From positions 64,001 to 128,000 of the forward strand of contig JBFGLM010000001.1 of NCBI GenBank assembly GCA_041576165.1: a DNA stretch of 64,000 bases, in the 5' to 3' direction. The notes below the pieces were generated by a model that saw only the letters and a program-made list of their open reading frames with translations, did no database searches and had not been told where the DNA came from. The stretch comes from Acidimicrobiia bacterium. GTDB taxonomy: Bacteria; Actinomycetota; Acidimicrobiia; Spongiisociales; Spongiisociaceae. This document shows positions 28,222 to 38,359 of the stretch, piece by piece; the first letter of the stretch is position 1, and the number at the start of each line of letters is the position of its first letter. A program made the position numbers and the translations under genes.

Positions 28222-29562
28222 TCAGTCGGCGAAGCCGGCCGCACCCAGAGTGGCGGTCAATGTGAGGACCTCGTCATTGCGGACGATGGTGAGCTCGATT
28301 TCTGTGCCCGGGAACTCCGAGAGGATCTCGGCCCGCAGATCCGACGAGTCGGATATCGGCGCGCCGTCTACCGCCGTGATCAGGTCTCCGACCAGAATGC
28401 CGGCCTCCTCGGCGGCCGAACCGGGCGTGACGTCGCTGACCAGTGCACCGACCATGCCATCGTTGAAACCGGTGGCGGCGACTCCGAGGCGGGCCAGCTC
28501 AACGTCGACACCCTCGACGAGCTGCTCTGCCACGATGTACGCCAGATCAATGGGAATGGCGAATCCGACACCATCATTCGCCCCACTCTGGGTGCGGATG
28601 GCATCGTTGATCCCGATGACACGACCGTTCCGGTCGACCAGTGGACCCCCCGAGTTTCCGGGGTTGATGGCGGCGTCGGTCTGGATCATGCCCACGCCGT
28701 TGACGTCGCGATTGAGCGCGCTGACGATACCGGACGTCACCGTCTGATCTAGCCCAAATGGGCTGCCGAGGGCAATTGCCCGCTGCCCCACGACCGGCTC
28801 GACGTCGACGCCCAGGGTCGCCACCGGCAGGTCGGGTAGCGGGTCGATCTTCACGACCGCCACGTCGGTCGGGGTGTGAGCCCCAACCACCTCGCCGCTC
28901 ACCCGCAGGCCATTGGCCAGCCGGACCCGCACATTGGCAGCGTTCTGGACGACATGCGCAGCAGTCAGGATCAATCCGTCGGCGTCATAGATGACGCCGG
29001 AGCCGACGCCAACGGCCAGCTCTATTTGCACAACCGCCGGGCCGACTGCCGCCGCGACCGCTGCCGCCGGTTCGGAAACGTCGCCTTCGATGACAATCGG
29101 GGGCTGCGTCGCACGCGGCGCTTGGGTGGTCGGGCTAGAAGGTTCGGGGGTGGGCGGGGCAGTCGTCGGCGGCGCAGTGAGCGACGTGCTGATCGGCGTT
29201 GACGCTGCCGGCGCTGGAGATTCGGCCGACAACCGGCCGAACGTGAACGACGCCGCCGCCACCACGATGGTCACCAACCCGGCGACGAGCCATGGCACGA
29301 CACGGTGCGATAGGGCGGGCGCTGAAGCGGCAGGCGGGATGGGATCCTGCGGCGGGGACGGAGGTGGGGGCGAGTGTGGTGCAGATTCGCGCCACGGCTC
29401 GCGGGGTTCGAGCAGCTCCGTGGGCTCTGTGGCCGGCTCCGTGGTTCCGGATGCGGGCCGACTCTCCTCATCGACCGGTTCCACCCGCATCGGCGGACGC
29501 TCCGGCAATGAGCCGGGGCCGCTTCCGGCGGCCGGCCATTGGTGAGGTTTGCTCTGAGTCAC
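28222..29562 (-). CDS. HtrA/DegP-like membrane-anchored serine protease (trypsin + PDZ)
   Basis: LTAAHVV, DVAVV, QTDAAINPGNSGGPL and a C-terminal PDZ; Pro-rich N-terminus and TM helix. Start uncertain. Confidence 0.92.
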   Translation of the reverse strand: MTQSKPHQWPAAGSGPGSLPERPPMRVEPVDEESRPASGTTEPATEPTELLEPREPWRESAPHSPPPPSPPQDPIPPAASAPALSHRVVPWLVAGLVTIVVAAASFTFGRLSAESPAPAASTPISTSLTAPPTTAPPTPEPSSPTTQAPRATQPPIVIEGDVSEPAAAVAAAVGPAVVQIELAVGVGSGVIYDADGLILTAAHVVQNAANVRVRLANGLRVSGEVVGAHTPTDVAVVKIDPLPDLPVATLGVDVEPVVGQRAIALGSPFGLDQTVTSGIVSALNRDVNGVGMIQTDAAINPGNSGGPLVDRNGRVIGINDAIRTQSGANDGVGFAIPIDLAYIVAEQLVEGVDVELARLGVAATGFNDGMVGALVSDVTPGSAAEEAGILVGDLITAVDGAPISDSSDLRAEILSEFPGTEIELTIVRNDEVLTLTATLGAAGFAD

Positions 29563-29740
29563 AGGAGTGCTCCCTTGCGTTTTAGACGTGACACTAAGCG
29601 GCGTGGTGTCAATAGGGTGTAAACAGGCGTCACCGGGTGGCAACCCCGGCGGCCTCATGCGAATTCCCCCGGATGCCCATCCGCAAACACCGGCGCGATC
29701 CGGTTGCCGGTATGGGTTGCCGCTGCGCTAGCTTCAGTCC

Positions 29741-30238
29741 ATGACGCGTACGGCACAACTGCTCGCCATCCGATTTGACGAGCCACTCAAAGCCCAAGAA
29801 CTGCTGATCGCCGCCCTCCGCCTCCAGAAAAAGGGTTCGATCATCATCGATGACGCGGCCATCGTCACGAACGAAGACGGCCGGGTCCGGATTCATCAGA
29901 CCAAGGACATGAACACGGGCCAGGGAGCCGCCACTGGAGGCTGGTTTGGCGCGCTGGCCGGATTGCTGTTCCTGCAACCGCTGATCGGTGCCGCGCTAGG
30001 TGCCGCAATCGGCGGGTTGTGGGCGAAGCTCCGCGACATCGGCATCGACGATGATCGGATGCGCGAAATGGGCGAGTCGCTCCACGCTGGCGAGGGTGCC
30101 CTGTTCCTGCTTCTGCAGGACGCCTACCCGACCCACGTAGCCCGGGAGCTGCAGCGATTCGACGGCTCGATCCTGCACTCGACATTCGATTCCACCGACA
30201 CGGAGTCATTCGAGACAGCGCTGGCCGGCCTGGTCTGA
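29741..30238 (+). CDS. DUF1269-like membrane protein
   Basis: DDAAIV...GAATGGWFGALAGLLFL...GAALGA...DIGIDD. Leaderless TAGCTT-N6-ATG. Confidence 0.8.
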   Translation: MTRTAQLLAIRFDEPLKAQELLIAALRLQKKGSIIIDDAAIVTNEDGRVRIHQTKDMNTGQGAATGGWFGALAGLLFLQPLIGAALGAAIGGLWAKLRDIGIDDDRMREMGESLHAGEGALFLLLQDAYPTHVARELQRFDGSILHSTFDSTDTESFETALAGLV

Positions 30239-30272
30239 CCGCAGCACGTCGACCAGACCGGACGCCGCCTGC

Positions 30273-30830
30273 TCAGGACAGCCAGCCGCCGGCCCGGTCA
30301 ACGAGAGTCATGGAGACCTCATGTGCCAGGTCGAGCACCTGGCACATGGAATACTCCCCCAAATAGACGCCCACCAGTGGGACGTCGACCCGCCCGACCA
30401 GCGACAGACTGCGCTGGGGCGCGTCGGTCACTGCGGCGAATGAATCAATTGCCGAGACTTCGATTGGAAGATCGGTGCGCCCGATCCCCGCTAGATCAGT
30501 CGCCAGCACCAGGAGATCAGGCGGAGCTGCGAGAGGGGGCAGCGCCCATTTGAAAAAGAGCGGAAGTCGGAACACCCCGTCTGGGTCGTCGACGGCTTCG
30601 CCCATCTCCGCAACCCGGTCTTCGAACCCGAGCATGACCCGCGGCTCTATCTCGAGCACCAACAGCATCTCGACAGGCCCATCACACGCCTCGCCGGGAT
30701 GCAGATCGACTTCCCAGGCCTGGCCCAGGGAATACGACTCGATGAAGTGCCGCTCATCATGGACGTGAAAGCCGTGATCGATTGCGTGCGCTTTCAGATC
30801 GGTGACAAAGGCGGCGATGTCGATGGCCAT
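30273..30830 (-). CDS. Hypothetical protein
   Basis: GAGGA RBS; protein-like, acidic composition; no family recognised. Confidence 0.65.
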   Translation of the reverse strand: MAIDIAAFVTDLKAHAIDHGFHVHDERHFIESYSLGQAWEVDLHPGEACDGPVEMLLVLEIEPRVMLGFEDRVAEMGEAVDDPDGVFRLPLFFKWALPPLAAPPDLLVLATDLAGIGRTDLPIEVSAIDSFAAVTDAPQRSLSLVGRVDVPLVGVYLGEYSMCQVLDLAHEVSMTLVDRAGGWLS

Positions 30831-30934
30831 CGGCCGTTTCCTCTCGCGGACGGGGCAAGCGTAGTGAACAGCGGAGGACAACCCGACCAGTCAGATACCA
30901 GCCATACCAGGCGGTTTACGTCAGATTTCGCCCG

Positions 30935-32419
30935 ATGCGCTTGAATCGAGCTGTGAAACTTCGCTCTGTCGCGATCGCCGCAGCACTCGCCCTCACCGCG
31001 GCCGCCTGTACTTGGGGCGCGAGCGACGACGATGCCCGGCCGCCGGCGACCTACGGCGCGGCATCGACGGCCGCTCCACCGATCACTTCCTCAGCTACCA
31101 CCGCTCCCGCCCCGCCCGCCACTCCGACGACGGTGCGGGCCGCACCCGCCGCGGTGGAACTGGCCTCGTGCTCGGAATCCGGCGACTTCGACCTGCTGTG
31201 TGAGGCCTACACGATCTTGACCGATGAGTACGTGGATGTTCTGGACGATGAAGTCCTGGCCCTGGCAGCGGCCCGCGGGATCTCCGAATTCGCGGCAGAC
31301 GAAGCTGGGGATTCCGGCACCGACCGCTTCGTGTGCCAGACCCCGAGCGACGAGTTCACGATCACCTGTGACGCGGCCGCCGAGGTGCTCGGCCGGGTCG
31401 AGGTGGAGACCGTGACCGAAGCCGCCATCCGCGGGATGCTCGAGTTCGGGCTCAACGATCCCAACACCGTCTATTTGCCGCCCGAGGCGGTAGCGCGCAT
31501 CGCCGAAGACAGCTCCGGCGAGATCTCCGGCATCGGCGCGGTGGTCAGCTCTCAGCGGGTAGAGGCGGACGGATCGACCTCGTCGTGCTTCGTCCTCTCC
31601 GAGACCTGCCGGATGACGATCGTGGGGGTCATTGCGGATGCCCCCGCCGACACGGCCGGTATGCGCGTAGGGGACGTCACGATCAGCGTCGACGGAGAAT
31701 CGGTCCTGGGGTGGACCGCCGATGAAGTCATTGCGGCCGTGCGCGGAACCGAAGGCACCACCGTCGTACTGGGAATGGAGCGGGACGGAGAGCTCATCGA
31801 GCTCTCGATTGTCCGCGCGTCGATCCTCGTGCCGGTGGTCGACGTAGATGTGCTCGACGGCGGCATCGGCTACATCGCATTGACGCAGTTCACCAACAAC
31901 AGCGATGAGTTGTTCCACCAGGCCCTGGCAGATCTGCTCGACAGCGACGTGGACAAGCTCATTGTCGATCTGCGCAACAATCCGGGGGGCGCTTTGACGG
32001 CATCGGTCCGGATCGCGTCTGAGTTCCTGGCCGATGGGTGGGTGTTGCGGACCGAAGCACCCGATGGTGCGCGCACATATGAAGTGCAGTCCGGCGGGCT
32101 TGCCACCAGTGACGACCTGGCGATGGTGGTGCTCGTCAACGCCGCCAGTGCATCGGCGTCCGAGGTCGTGAGCGCCGCGCTGCAGGAGGCAGGTCGGGCG
32201 ACAATCATGGGAGAACCGACCTTCGGCAAGAACACCGTCCAACAGCAGTTCAGTCTTGCGAATGACGGCGCCCTGAAGGTGACGATCGCGCGCTGGGTCA
32301 CGCCGGCGGGCGCTTCGTTCGGCGGCCACGGGGTGCAGCCCGACGTCGTGGTCGAGGTACCCGGCGAGGCTGAAGCAGACGTGATGCTGGAGCAGGCGAT
32401 CGCTTTCTTCGGGATGTGA
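30935..32419 (+). CDS. S41 C-terminal processing peptidase (CtpA/Prc-like), lipoprotein
   Basis: Lipobox TAAAC, PDZ (SGIGA), DLRNNPGG, SASASE and GEPTFGK. Confidence 0.92.
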   Translation: MRLNRAVKLRSVAIAAALALTAAACTWGASDDDARPPATYGAASTAAPPITSSATTAPAPPATPTTVRAAPAAVELASCSESGDFDLLCEAYTILTDEYVDVLDDEVLALAAARGISEFAADEAGDSGTDRFVCQTPSDEFTITCDAAAEVLGRVEVETVTEAAIRGMLEFGLNDPNTVYLPPEAVARIAEDSSGEISGIGAVVSSQRVEADGSTSSCFVLSETCRMTIVGVIADAPADTAGMRVGDVTISVDGESVLGWTADEVIAAVRGTEGTTVVLGMERDGELIELSIVRASILVPVVDVDVLDGGIGYIALTQFTNNSDELFHQALADLLDSDVDKLIVDLRNNPGGALTASVRIASEFLADGWVLRTEAPDGARTYEVQSGGLATSDDLAMVVLVNAASASASEVVSAALQEAGRATIMGEPTFGKNTVQQQFSLANDGALKVTIARWVTPAGASFGGHGVQPDVVVEVPGEAEADVMLEQAIAFFGM

Positions 32420-32450
32420 CCATCGCCGGCACCGGCCAGACGGACGGAGG

Positions 32451-32903
32451 CTACGGCTGGTAGGCGTAGCCGGCGTGACTGGGCTCAAACCCGAGCCCGG
32501 CATAAAACCGGGCCAGCCGGTCACACCGGCGGTCATGCAGCAGCTGCACCGCCGTGCAGTCTCGTCCTTCGCCGTAGTGGACGGCCCAGCGCACCAACGA
32601 AGAGCCGATCCCACGATTGCGCTGCTCCGGAGCGACCCGGAGATCCGCCAGCTGGAGCCGCCGCCGGCCGGTGGCCAGATCGGGAATCTCCACCACCTGC
32701 ATGCAGCCGACGACGTCATCGCCCATCACCGCCACGATCAGCCGGTGGGCGGGATCCCATTGAATCGTCTCGAACGCCTGGTGGTGGTCCGCGGTGGGCG
32801 CTGGTATGGGCGCTGCTGACGCATCCCGGCTCATCAGCGACACGATCGCTTCCAGGTCATCGGGGTGAGCGTCCCGCAGCGCAATGCCTGCCGGGAGGGT
32901 CAT
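32451..32903 (-). CDS. GNAT family N-acetyltransferase
   Basis: RVAPEQRNRGIGS and RFYAGLGFEPSHAG. Confidence 0.85.
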   Translation of the reverse strand: MTLPAGIALRDAHPDDLEAIVSLMSRDASAAPIPAPTADHHQAFETIQWDPAHRLIVAVMGDDVVGCMQVVEIPDLATGRRRLQLADLRVAPEQRNRGIGSSLVRWAVHYGEGRDCTAVQLLHDRRCDRLARFYAGLGFEPSHAGYAYQP

Positions 32904-32907
32904 GGTG

Positions 32908-33963
32908 TCAATGCCGCACTTCGTAATAGAGATGCGCCGGGTCGGGCGTGTCCAGGACACGCAGCGAACCAAACCCCGCGCCACGAGCAATCTCCCGGGC
33001 CTTTTCCGGATGAAAGCCCATGGTCCCGAGAGCCATTCCGTCGGCGGTCGAGGTGCCCGAGGGGAGGCAGCTGATGATCGAATACCCGTACTGCATGGCG
33101 AGGAGCGGATTGCGGAGATTGTCCTCGAAGACCGGAGCGCATTTCATGTCTTTGATCAGCCATACCCCTTCATCGGCAAGTTGCTGCTTGATTGTTACCG
33201 CTGCGACATCTGGGCGCGGCATGTCGTGCATGCAGTCCAGGGTGGTGATCAGATCGAACGGCTCCGTCTCAGGCGTGTCCTCCAGCGCAGTGTCGTAGAT
33301 CGTCACATTGGTCCGACCTCCCAGGCGGAGGCGGGCGCGCTCCGTAGCCGGAGCCGAGGGATCGACTCCCACCAATGTGGCGTCGGGAAACGCCTCGGCG
33401 AATGCCTCGAGAGCCACGCCTCCCCCACACCCGACATCGGCCATCCGGCCGCCGGCGGCCAGCCGCTCTGCGACGCCTTCGAGCTGCGCCACCACAACCG
33501 GGATCAAGAAGTTCTTGAGCCAGGGGGCATTCATGCGGTCGATCTGCGCAGCTGTTTCCATTCCCATATCGCCGTACGTGAAACCACGGCCGGTACGGAA
33601 GCTATCTGCGACTCGGGCAATGTCTTCGGGCGGCGTGCCGCCGACAAACGCGCCGATTGCACACAGCAGCGACTCCTCGTCAACGAGAACGGCCGCCGCC
33701 TCGTCGGTCAACACGTACATACCGGTTGCCTCCCGCTCGAGGAGCCCGGCCGCAGCCTGGCCCAACAGCCATTCGGCAACCCATCGCTCGTCGAGATTCA
33801 GCGCGTTTGCCAGCTGCCCGGCGGCAGTTGGACCTCTGCCGGCGAGAGCCCTGTACAGCCCGAGCCGATCGCCGAGGTGAATCATGACCGAGACCAGCTC
33901 GCCCTGTTTGTACTTCCACACGTCCAGCGCCAGCTCCTGCGCCCGTTCCATGTCGAAGCTCAT
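32908..33963 (-). CDS. Class I SAM-dependent methyltransferase with N-terminal winged helix (Rv2258c-like)
   Basis: GDRLGLYRAL...ERWVAEWL, ADVGCGGG and DCMHDMPRP. Confidence 0.88.
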   Translation of the reverse strand: MSFDMERAQELALDVWKYKQGELVSVMIHLGDRLGLYRALAGRGPTAAGQLANALNLDERWVAEWLLGQAAAGLLEREATGMYVLTDEAAAVLVDEESLLCAIGAFVGGTPPEDIARVADSFRTGRGFTYGDMGMETAAQIDRMNAPWLKNFLIPVVVAQLEGVAERLAAGGRMADVGCGGGVALEAFAEAFPDATLVGVDPSAPATERARLRLGGRTNVTIYDTALEDTPETEPFDLITTLDCMHDMPRPDVAAVTIKQQLADEGVWLIKDMKCAPVFEDNLRNPLLAMQYGYSIISCLPSGTSTADGMALGTMGFHPEKAREIARGAGFGSLRVLDTPDPAHLYYEVRH

Positions 33964-34005
33964 GCGCCTCCTCGCTCGCGTCCGGTCAATCTAGGGCCGG
34001 TGACG

Positions 34006-35046
34006 CTACGGGCTGGGCGGATCGACCTGGCCCGGCCGGGGCGCAGGCTGGCAGCTCCAGTGCCCCCACGCCCCCCGGGGGTGGTTGATCGTGATCGAAT
34101 AGTGCACCAGCCAGGCCGCAGCCGCGATGTTGGGCTCTGGGGCGTAACGACTGGCGCCCGGAAAACCGGCGTTGGCCGAAGCGAAGGCCCAGGTTCCCTC
34201 GAGGAACTGGAAAAGCCCGGCGGCGCCCGATTCGGGGTGAGTGGCGTCCGGGTTGCCCCGGCTCTCGCAGTGCATGACCTCGAGCGCCTCGCCGACCCGA
34301 CCCGGCGGGAAGTAGCGTTGGACCAGAGGCCGCCAATGCTCAACGCCGGTCAGCGCCGCCAGCCGCCGTTCCTCCAGTTCGACGCGGTCCAGCGCCGCCT
34401 GGTACGACTCGTCCGCGGCCGCCACCTGCTCGAGGGCCGCCGCGAGTATCTCCTGGGCGATACCCAACTCCTCGGCCAGGCTCACCTCGGCCACTGCCAA
34501 ACCGTCCCGCAGTCCGCGCAGCTCACCCTCCTGGTCTCCCAGCTCCGCCCGAGCGGCCTCCAGGGTCCCCCGCCGCTCCCGCAACCGATCCATGAAGCCG
34601 ATCGCCAGATCTACGTGCTCGTCCAGCGCCTCGCTAACGACTGCCGCGCCGTGATACGAGTCGCTGAGCCACATCGCCGTCCGCCCCACCGCGGCAGTTT
34701 GATATGCGGCCACTGCGGCCGCTCCGGCAGCCGTGCGCAGCTCTACGACCTCTGCCTCCAGTTGGTCGAGCTCGGCCCTGACCGCCAGGTTGCGGTGTCC
34801 CACCGTCCAGAGGTCCGCGGCCGCGCGGTCAAAACGCTCGACGGTGTCGAGCAGCGTCGACTCCACCTCCGACTCCACGAATTCGGCCGCGACCAGCTCG
34901 GCCGCAGCCGCGTTGAGTTCCGCTTCGGCTCGGCGGGCGTCGGCCCGGGCCGCATCGACCTCGGCCTGTGATTGGCCCAGCGCCACCGGTGGCGGTATGG
35001 AAATGGCCGCGGCCAGAACCAGCACAAGCGCAGCAGCTCGCCGCAT
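34006..35046 (-). CDS. Secreted coiled-coil protein with a C-terminal lytic transglycosylase (SLT/Rpf-like) domain
   Basis: Signal peptide, long Ala/Glu heptad region, then VMHCESRGNPDA...AAGLFQF..TW...WGHWSC. Confidence 0.85.
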   Translation of the reverse strand: MRRAAALVLVLAAAISIPPPVALGQSQAEVDAARADARRAEAELNAAAAELVAAEFVESEVESTLLDTVERFDRAAADLWTVGHRNLAVRAELDQLEAEVVELRTAAGAAAVAAYQTAAVGRTAMWLSDSYHGAAVVSEALDEHVDLAIGFMDRLRERRGTLEAARAELGDQEGELRGLRDGLAVAEVSLAEELGIAQEILAAALEQVAAADESYQAALDRVELEERRLAALTGVEHWRPLVQRYFPPGRVGEALEVMHCESRGNPDATHPESGAAGLFQFLEGTWAFASANAGFPGASRYAPEPNIAAAAWLVHYSITINHPRGAWGHWSCQPAPRPGQVDPPSP

Positions 35047-35107
35047 GGACCGAAAGCGTACCGGCCGTCCGCCGGGTCATCGCGCCAATCCCCGGTAGGG
35101 TGCAGGT

Positions 35108-35776
35108 ATGGATCATGTCGTCGCCTACCGGCAGAGCCGAGAACGCCTGACCGACCTGGCCGCCGACCTCTCGGGGGAGAACCGAGCAGCCATCGTCCCG
35201 GCATCACCGGCGTGGACCGTGAAGGACACCTACGCCCACGTGGTCGGCGCGGCAGCCGATGTCGTGCATGGGCGCCTGGACGGCGCCGGCGGCGACGCAT
35301 GGACCGCAGCCCAGGTCGAAGCCCGGGCCACCCACGGTTTGGAGCAAATCCTCGAGGAGTGGGACGGGATAGGACCCCGGTTCGAAGCGAGCCTGGCGGC
35401 CGCGCCCGATGCGCTCTGGCGATTCGTCAGCGGGACCTGGCTCCACGAACAAGACATCCGAGGGGCGATTGGGTTGCGCGGACTGCGCGACACCGAGGGC
35501 GGCGCGGTGGCCCTTCGCTTGGTCGATGCAGTCGCCGACCGGGTGGACAGCGCCGGACTCACGGCGCTGCAGGTGGAGGCCGGCGATCACCGTTGGGTCC
35601 TCGGCCCAGGTGAACCGGCCGTTGTGCTGACGAGCGATCCGTACGAACTCGCCCGGGCGGTGGGTGGACGCCGCAGCCTCCGCCAGATGGCCGCTATGGA
35701 GTGGCAGGGGGATTTCGAGCCGTACATGCCGCTCCTTCCCTCTTACGGACCGACCGCGGTCGACCTGACCGACTGA
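35108..35776 (+). CDS. Maleylpyruvate isomerase family (DinB-fold, mycothiol-dependent) enzyme
   Basis: VPASPAWTVKDTYAHV and WLHEQDIRGA metal-binding motifs. Confidence 0.88.
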   Translation: MDHVVAYRQSRERLTDLAADLSGENRAAIVPASPAWTVKDTYAHVVGAAADVVHGRLDGAGGDAWTAAQVEARATHGLEQILEEWDGIGPRFEASLAAAPDALWRFVSGTWLHEQDIRGAIGLRGLRDTEGGAVALRLVDAVADRVDSAGLTALQVEAGDHRWVLGPGEPAVVLTSDPYELARAVGGRRSLRQMAAMEWQGDFEPYMPLLPSYGPTAVDLTD

Positions 35777-35939
35777 CGGCCCGGCGCTCATGGCGAGTGG
35801 CCGCGGACCCGGCGGTCAGAGCAAGCCAATCATCGAGCGGCCGCCGCGCTCGTTGGTGGGGAGCGCGCCCACGGTGCCTCCTACCACCCGTACCTGCCGA
35901 CCATTGCTCTTCGCCCCACAAACGCCATACTGCCTGCCC

Positions 35940-36320
35940 ATGTTCGACGGGCAGATAACCTTCATCTACGTAGCCGATCTCGAGCGGTCACACGATTTCT
36001 ATCGCGCCACGCTCGGTCTCAGCCTGGTGCTCGACCAGGGCCGGTGCCGGGTCTACCGGGCAGCCACAGCCGCCTACATCGGGATATGCGACACGCGGCC
36101 TCCTGTGGCGTCGAGTTCGCTGATCCTGACGCTCGTCACCGATGACGTGGACGGTGTGCACACCCGGTTGGTCGACGCCGGTGCTCCTATCGACGTCGCT
36201 CCCCGATCCAACCCCGAGTTTGGGATCTACCAACTGTTCACCCGCGATCCCGACGGCTACGTGGTCGAGGTGCAGCGCTTCGACGATCCATCGTGGGCGA
36301 GCAGTGACGAGAGCATTTGA
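35940..36320 (+). CDS. VOC/glyoxalase family protein
   Basis: ITFIYVADLERSHDFY...LGL...RDPDGYVVEVQ. Confidence 0.88.
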   Translation: MFDGQITFIYVADLERSHDFYRATLGLSLVLDQGRCRVYRAATAAYIGICDTRPPVASSSLILTLVTDDVDGVHTRLVDAGAPIDVAPRSNPEFGIYQLFTRDPDGYVVEVQRFDDPSWASSDESI

Positions 36321-36349
36321 GGGTCGCGTCGGGGGGCCGGTAGGACCGC

Positions 36350-37549
36350 TCAACCGGCCTGAGGCACTTTTTCAACCCGGCGAGCCAACCCGCCAATGGT
36401 GAGCGCGGCGACACTCAGCGCGCCGGCTACCAGCAGCCACGCCGCCCGGAACGAGACTTGCTCGCTGAGGAGCCCGATCAGGACGGGAGCCAGGCCGGCG
36501 CCGACGAAGACACCCGCCTGCGCGATCGCTGAGGAGGAGGCCACCGACCCGGCATTGGCTCTGACGACGGAATATGTCATCAACCCGGGCCAGCCCCACC
36601 CAGTGGCGAATGCCACCAGCGCGGCGATGGTGAAGCCGAGTCCGGCGGCAACGGATAGAAAAAGCGCGGCGACCGCTCCGGCGGCCATCAACACCGCCAT
36701 GGCCCCAAACCCGCGCCAGCCGAATGCGTCGGCGAGCAGCCCATTGACGATCCGGGCCATGATGGTCACCAATCCCCCAACGGACAGGAGCACCCCCGCG
36801 GTGGCTTCGCTCAGCCCGGACGCCACCGCTGCGGTGACCGTGAAGGTGCCCAGCATCGACGGCGCAACGGTGGCGAACACTCCGCCGATGGCCAGCCTCC
36901 GCAAGCTGGCCGGATCCAGCAGCGCCCGTGTTTCCCGCGGCGAAGTCGTGGCGTCGCCCGGCCCCGGCGCATCCGGTGGGATCAGCAGATAAACCCCCGC
37001 TGCCACGACGGCGCCGGCTGCGAACGACCAGCGCCACCCGGCGTTGACGATGATCAGCGGCACTGCGAGGCCGGCCAGGAGGGTCGACGTGGGAATGCCG
37101 GCATGTTTCAGCCCGAACACCACGCCTTGCCGCTCTCGGGACACGATTTCGGCCAGGGCGGTGTTCGCAGCCGGATTGCCGAATCCATAGAAGAAGGCGG
37201 CCACCATCAGCAGGACGGCGAGTGAGGCCAAATTGCGGATGGCGACCGACATGGCCAGCAACAGAACGCCGGTCCCGATGACGTTGATGCGCATGGCGGT
37301 TCTCCAGCCGATCCGTTCGACCAGACGTCCGATCGGGAAGCTCACGACTCCGGCCGTCAGGAAGAAGGCGGCGGTCAGATAGCCCAGGCCGCCGGCCCGA
37401 AACCCGACGTCCTTGCCGATCGTGATGGCCCCCGCCCCGAGCAAGAACACCGGCAACGTGCCTACCGCGATCAGCAACACGGACAACGCCAGCAGGCGGC
37501 CGTGCAGCGCAGTAGGAAAGAGCTGCGGCGGGCGAGGATGTGGCACCAC
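36350..37549 (-). CDS. MFS transporter
   Basis: About 12 TM helices; GRLVERIGWR and GLLADAFGWR. Confidence 0.88.
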   Translation of the reverse strand: MVPHPRPPQLFPTALHGRLLALSVLLIAVGTLPVFLLGAGAITIGKDVGFRAGGLGYLTAAFFLTAGVVSFPIGRLVERIGWRTAMRINVIGTGVLLLAMSVAIRNLASLAVLLMVAAFFYGFGNPAANTALAEIVSRERQGVVFGLKHAGIPTSTLLAGLAVPLIIVNAGWRWSFAAGAVVAAGVYLLIPPDAPGPGDATTSPRETRALLDPASLRRLAIGGVFATVAPSMLGTFTVTAAVASGLSEATAGVLLSVGGLVTIMARIVNGLLADAFGWRGFGAMAVLMAAGAVAALFLSVAAGLGFTIAALVAFATGWGWPGLMTYSVVRANAGSVASSSAIAQAGVFVGAGLAPVLIGLLSEQVSFRAAWLLVAGALSVAALTIGGLARRVEKVPQAG

Positions 37550-37592
37550 CAGATCGTAGGGTGCCGCCGAGCCGGTTCTGCCGCTCGGTTGC

Positions 37593-38159
37593 CTAATTCA
37601 GGCTGGGGTCGATCGGCATCGAAGCAAGCAGCGACAGCCAGCCGCCCTGACGCCGTAGCACGTCCGACCAGAGGTTATCGGGTTCATGGGAGAAGACGTC
37701 GTCGGGTACTGCCTCCACCACGATCCAGCTGCCGACCGCCAGCTCGCCCTCCAGCTGGCCCGGCCCCCACCCGGCATATCCTGCAAAAACCCGCACCTCG
37801 AGGCTGTCGCCCTCGGCCGGTTCGGCATCCAGATCCACGGCGCGGATCCCGTGTACCTGGGCCCATCCTTCCAGCACGCGTCCCCCAACGCCCCGGGCCA
37901 GGCCCAGGCCACCGCCTTCGCCGACGGGCCCGCCGATGAACACCACCCTTGGCTCCACTGCGAAGGACCACCAGCCGGGCAGATGGTCCAGCAAATCGGC
38001 GTCGGCCGGGCGATTCAGAACAACCCCGGCGGCTCCCTCCTGGTCGTGCTCGAGCACCAGAATCACGGTGCGGGCGAAGTTTGGGTCCAATAGGCCCGGG
38101 CTGGCTACCAACAGCCTGCCGGCCACCGGGTCCCCCGTGGCAGCCCCGTCACCGGACAC
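37593..38159 (-). CDS. YqgE/AlgH (DUF179) family protein
   Basis: LLVASPGLLDPNFARTV, GVVLNRP, GGPV and GYAGWGPGQLEGE. Confidence 0.93.
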   Translation of the reverse strand: MSGDGAATGDPVAGRLLVASPGLLDPNFARTVILVLEHDQEGAAGVVLNRPADADLLDHLPGWWSFAVEPRVVFIGGPVGEGGGLGLARGVGGRVLEGWAQVHGIRAVDLDAEPAEGDSLEVRVFAGYAGWGPGQLEGELAVGSWIVVEAVPDDVFSHEPDNLWSDVLRRQGGWLSLLASMPIDPSLN

Positions 38160-38359
38160 GGTCCCTCCCAACCGTGCTGACAGGCGCAGGAGGCGTCTCG
38201 ATTTGCCGAGGCGCGGCGGCATCGACGGGTGCCTTTCGGCGGCGCCCCACATGTCGCTGGGCAGGCAACGCTCGCATGGGCAAACGCTACCGTCCGGCAC
38301 ACGAAATTGGAGGGGGCCCCGGCCCGGGCCGGGCCCGGCGGAGCCGTTAAGGTACCGGG

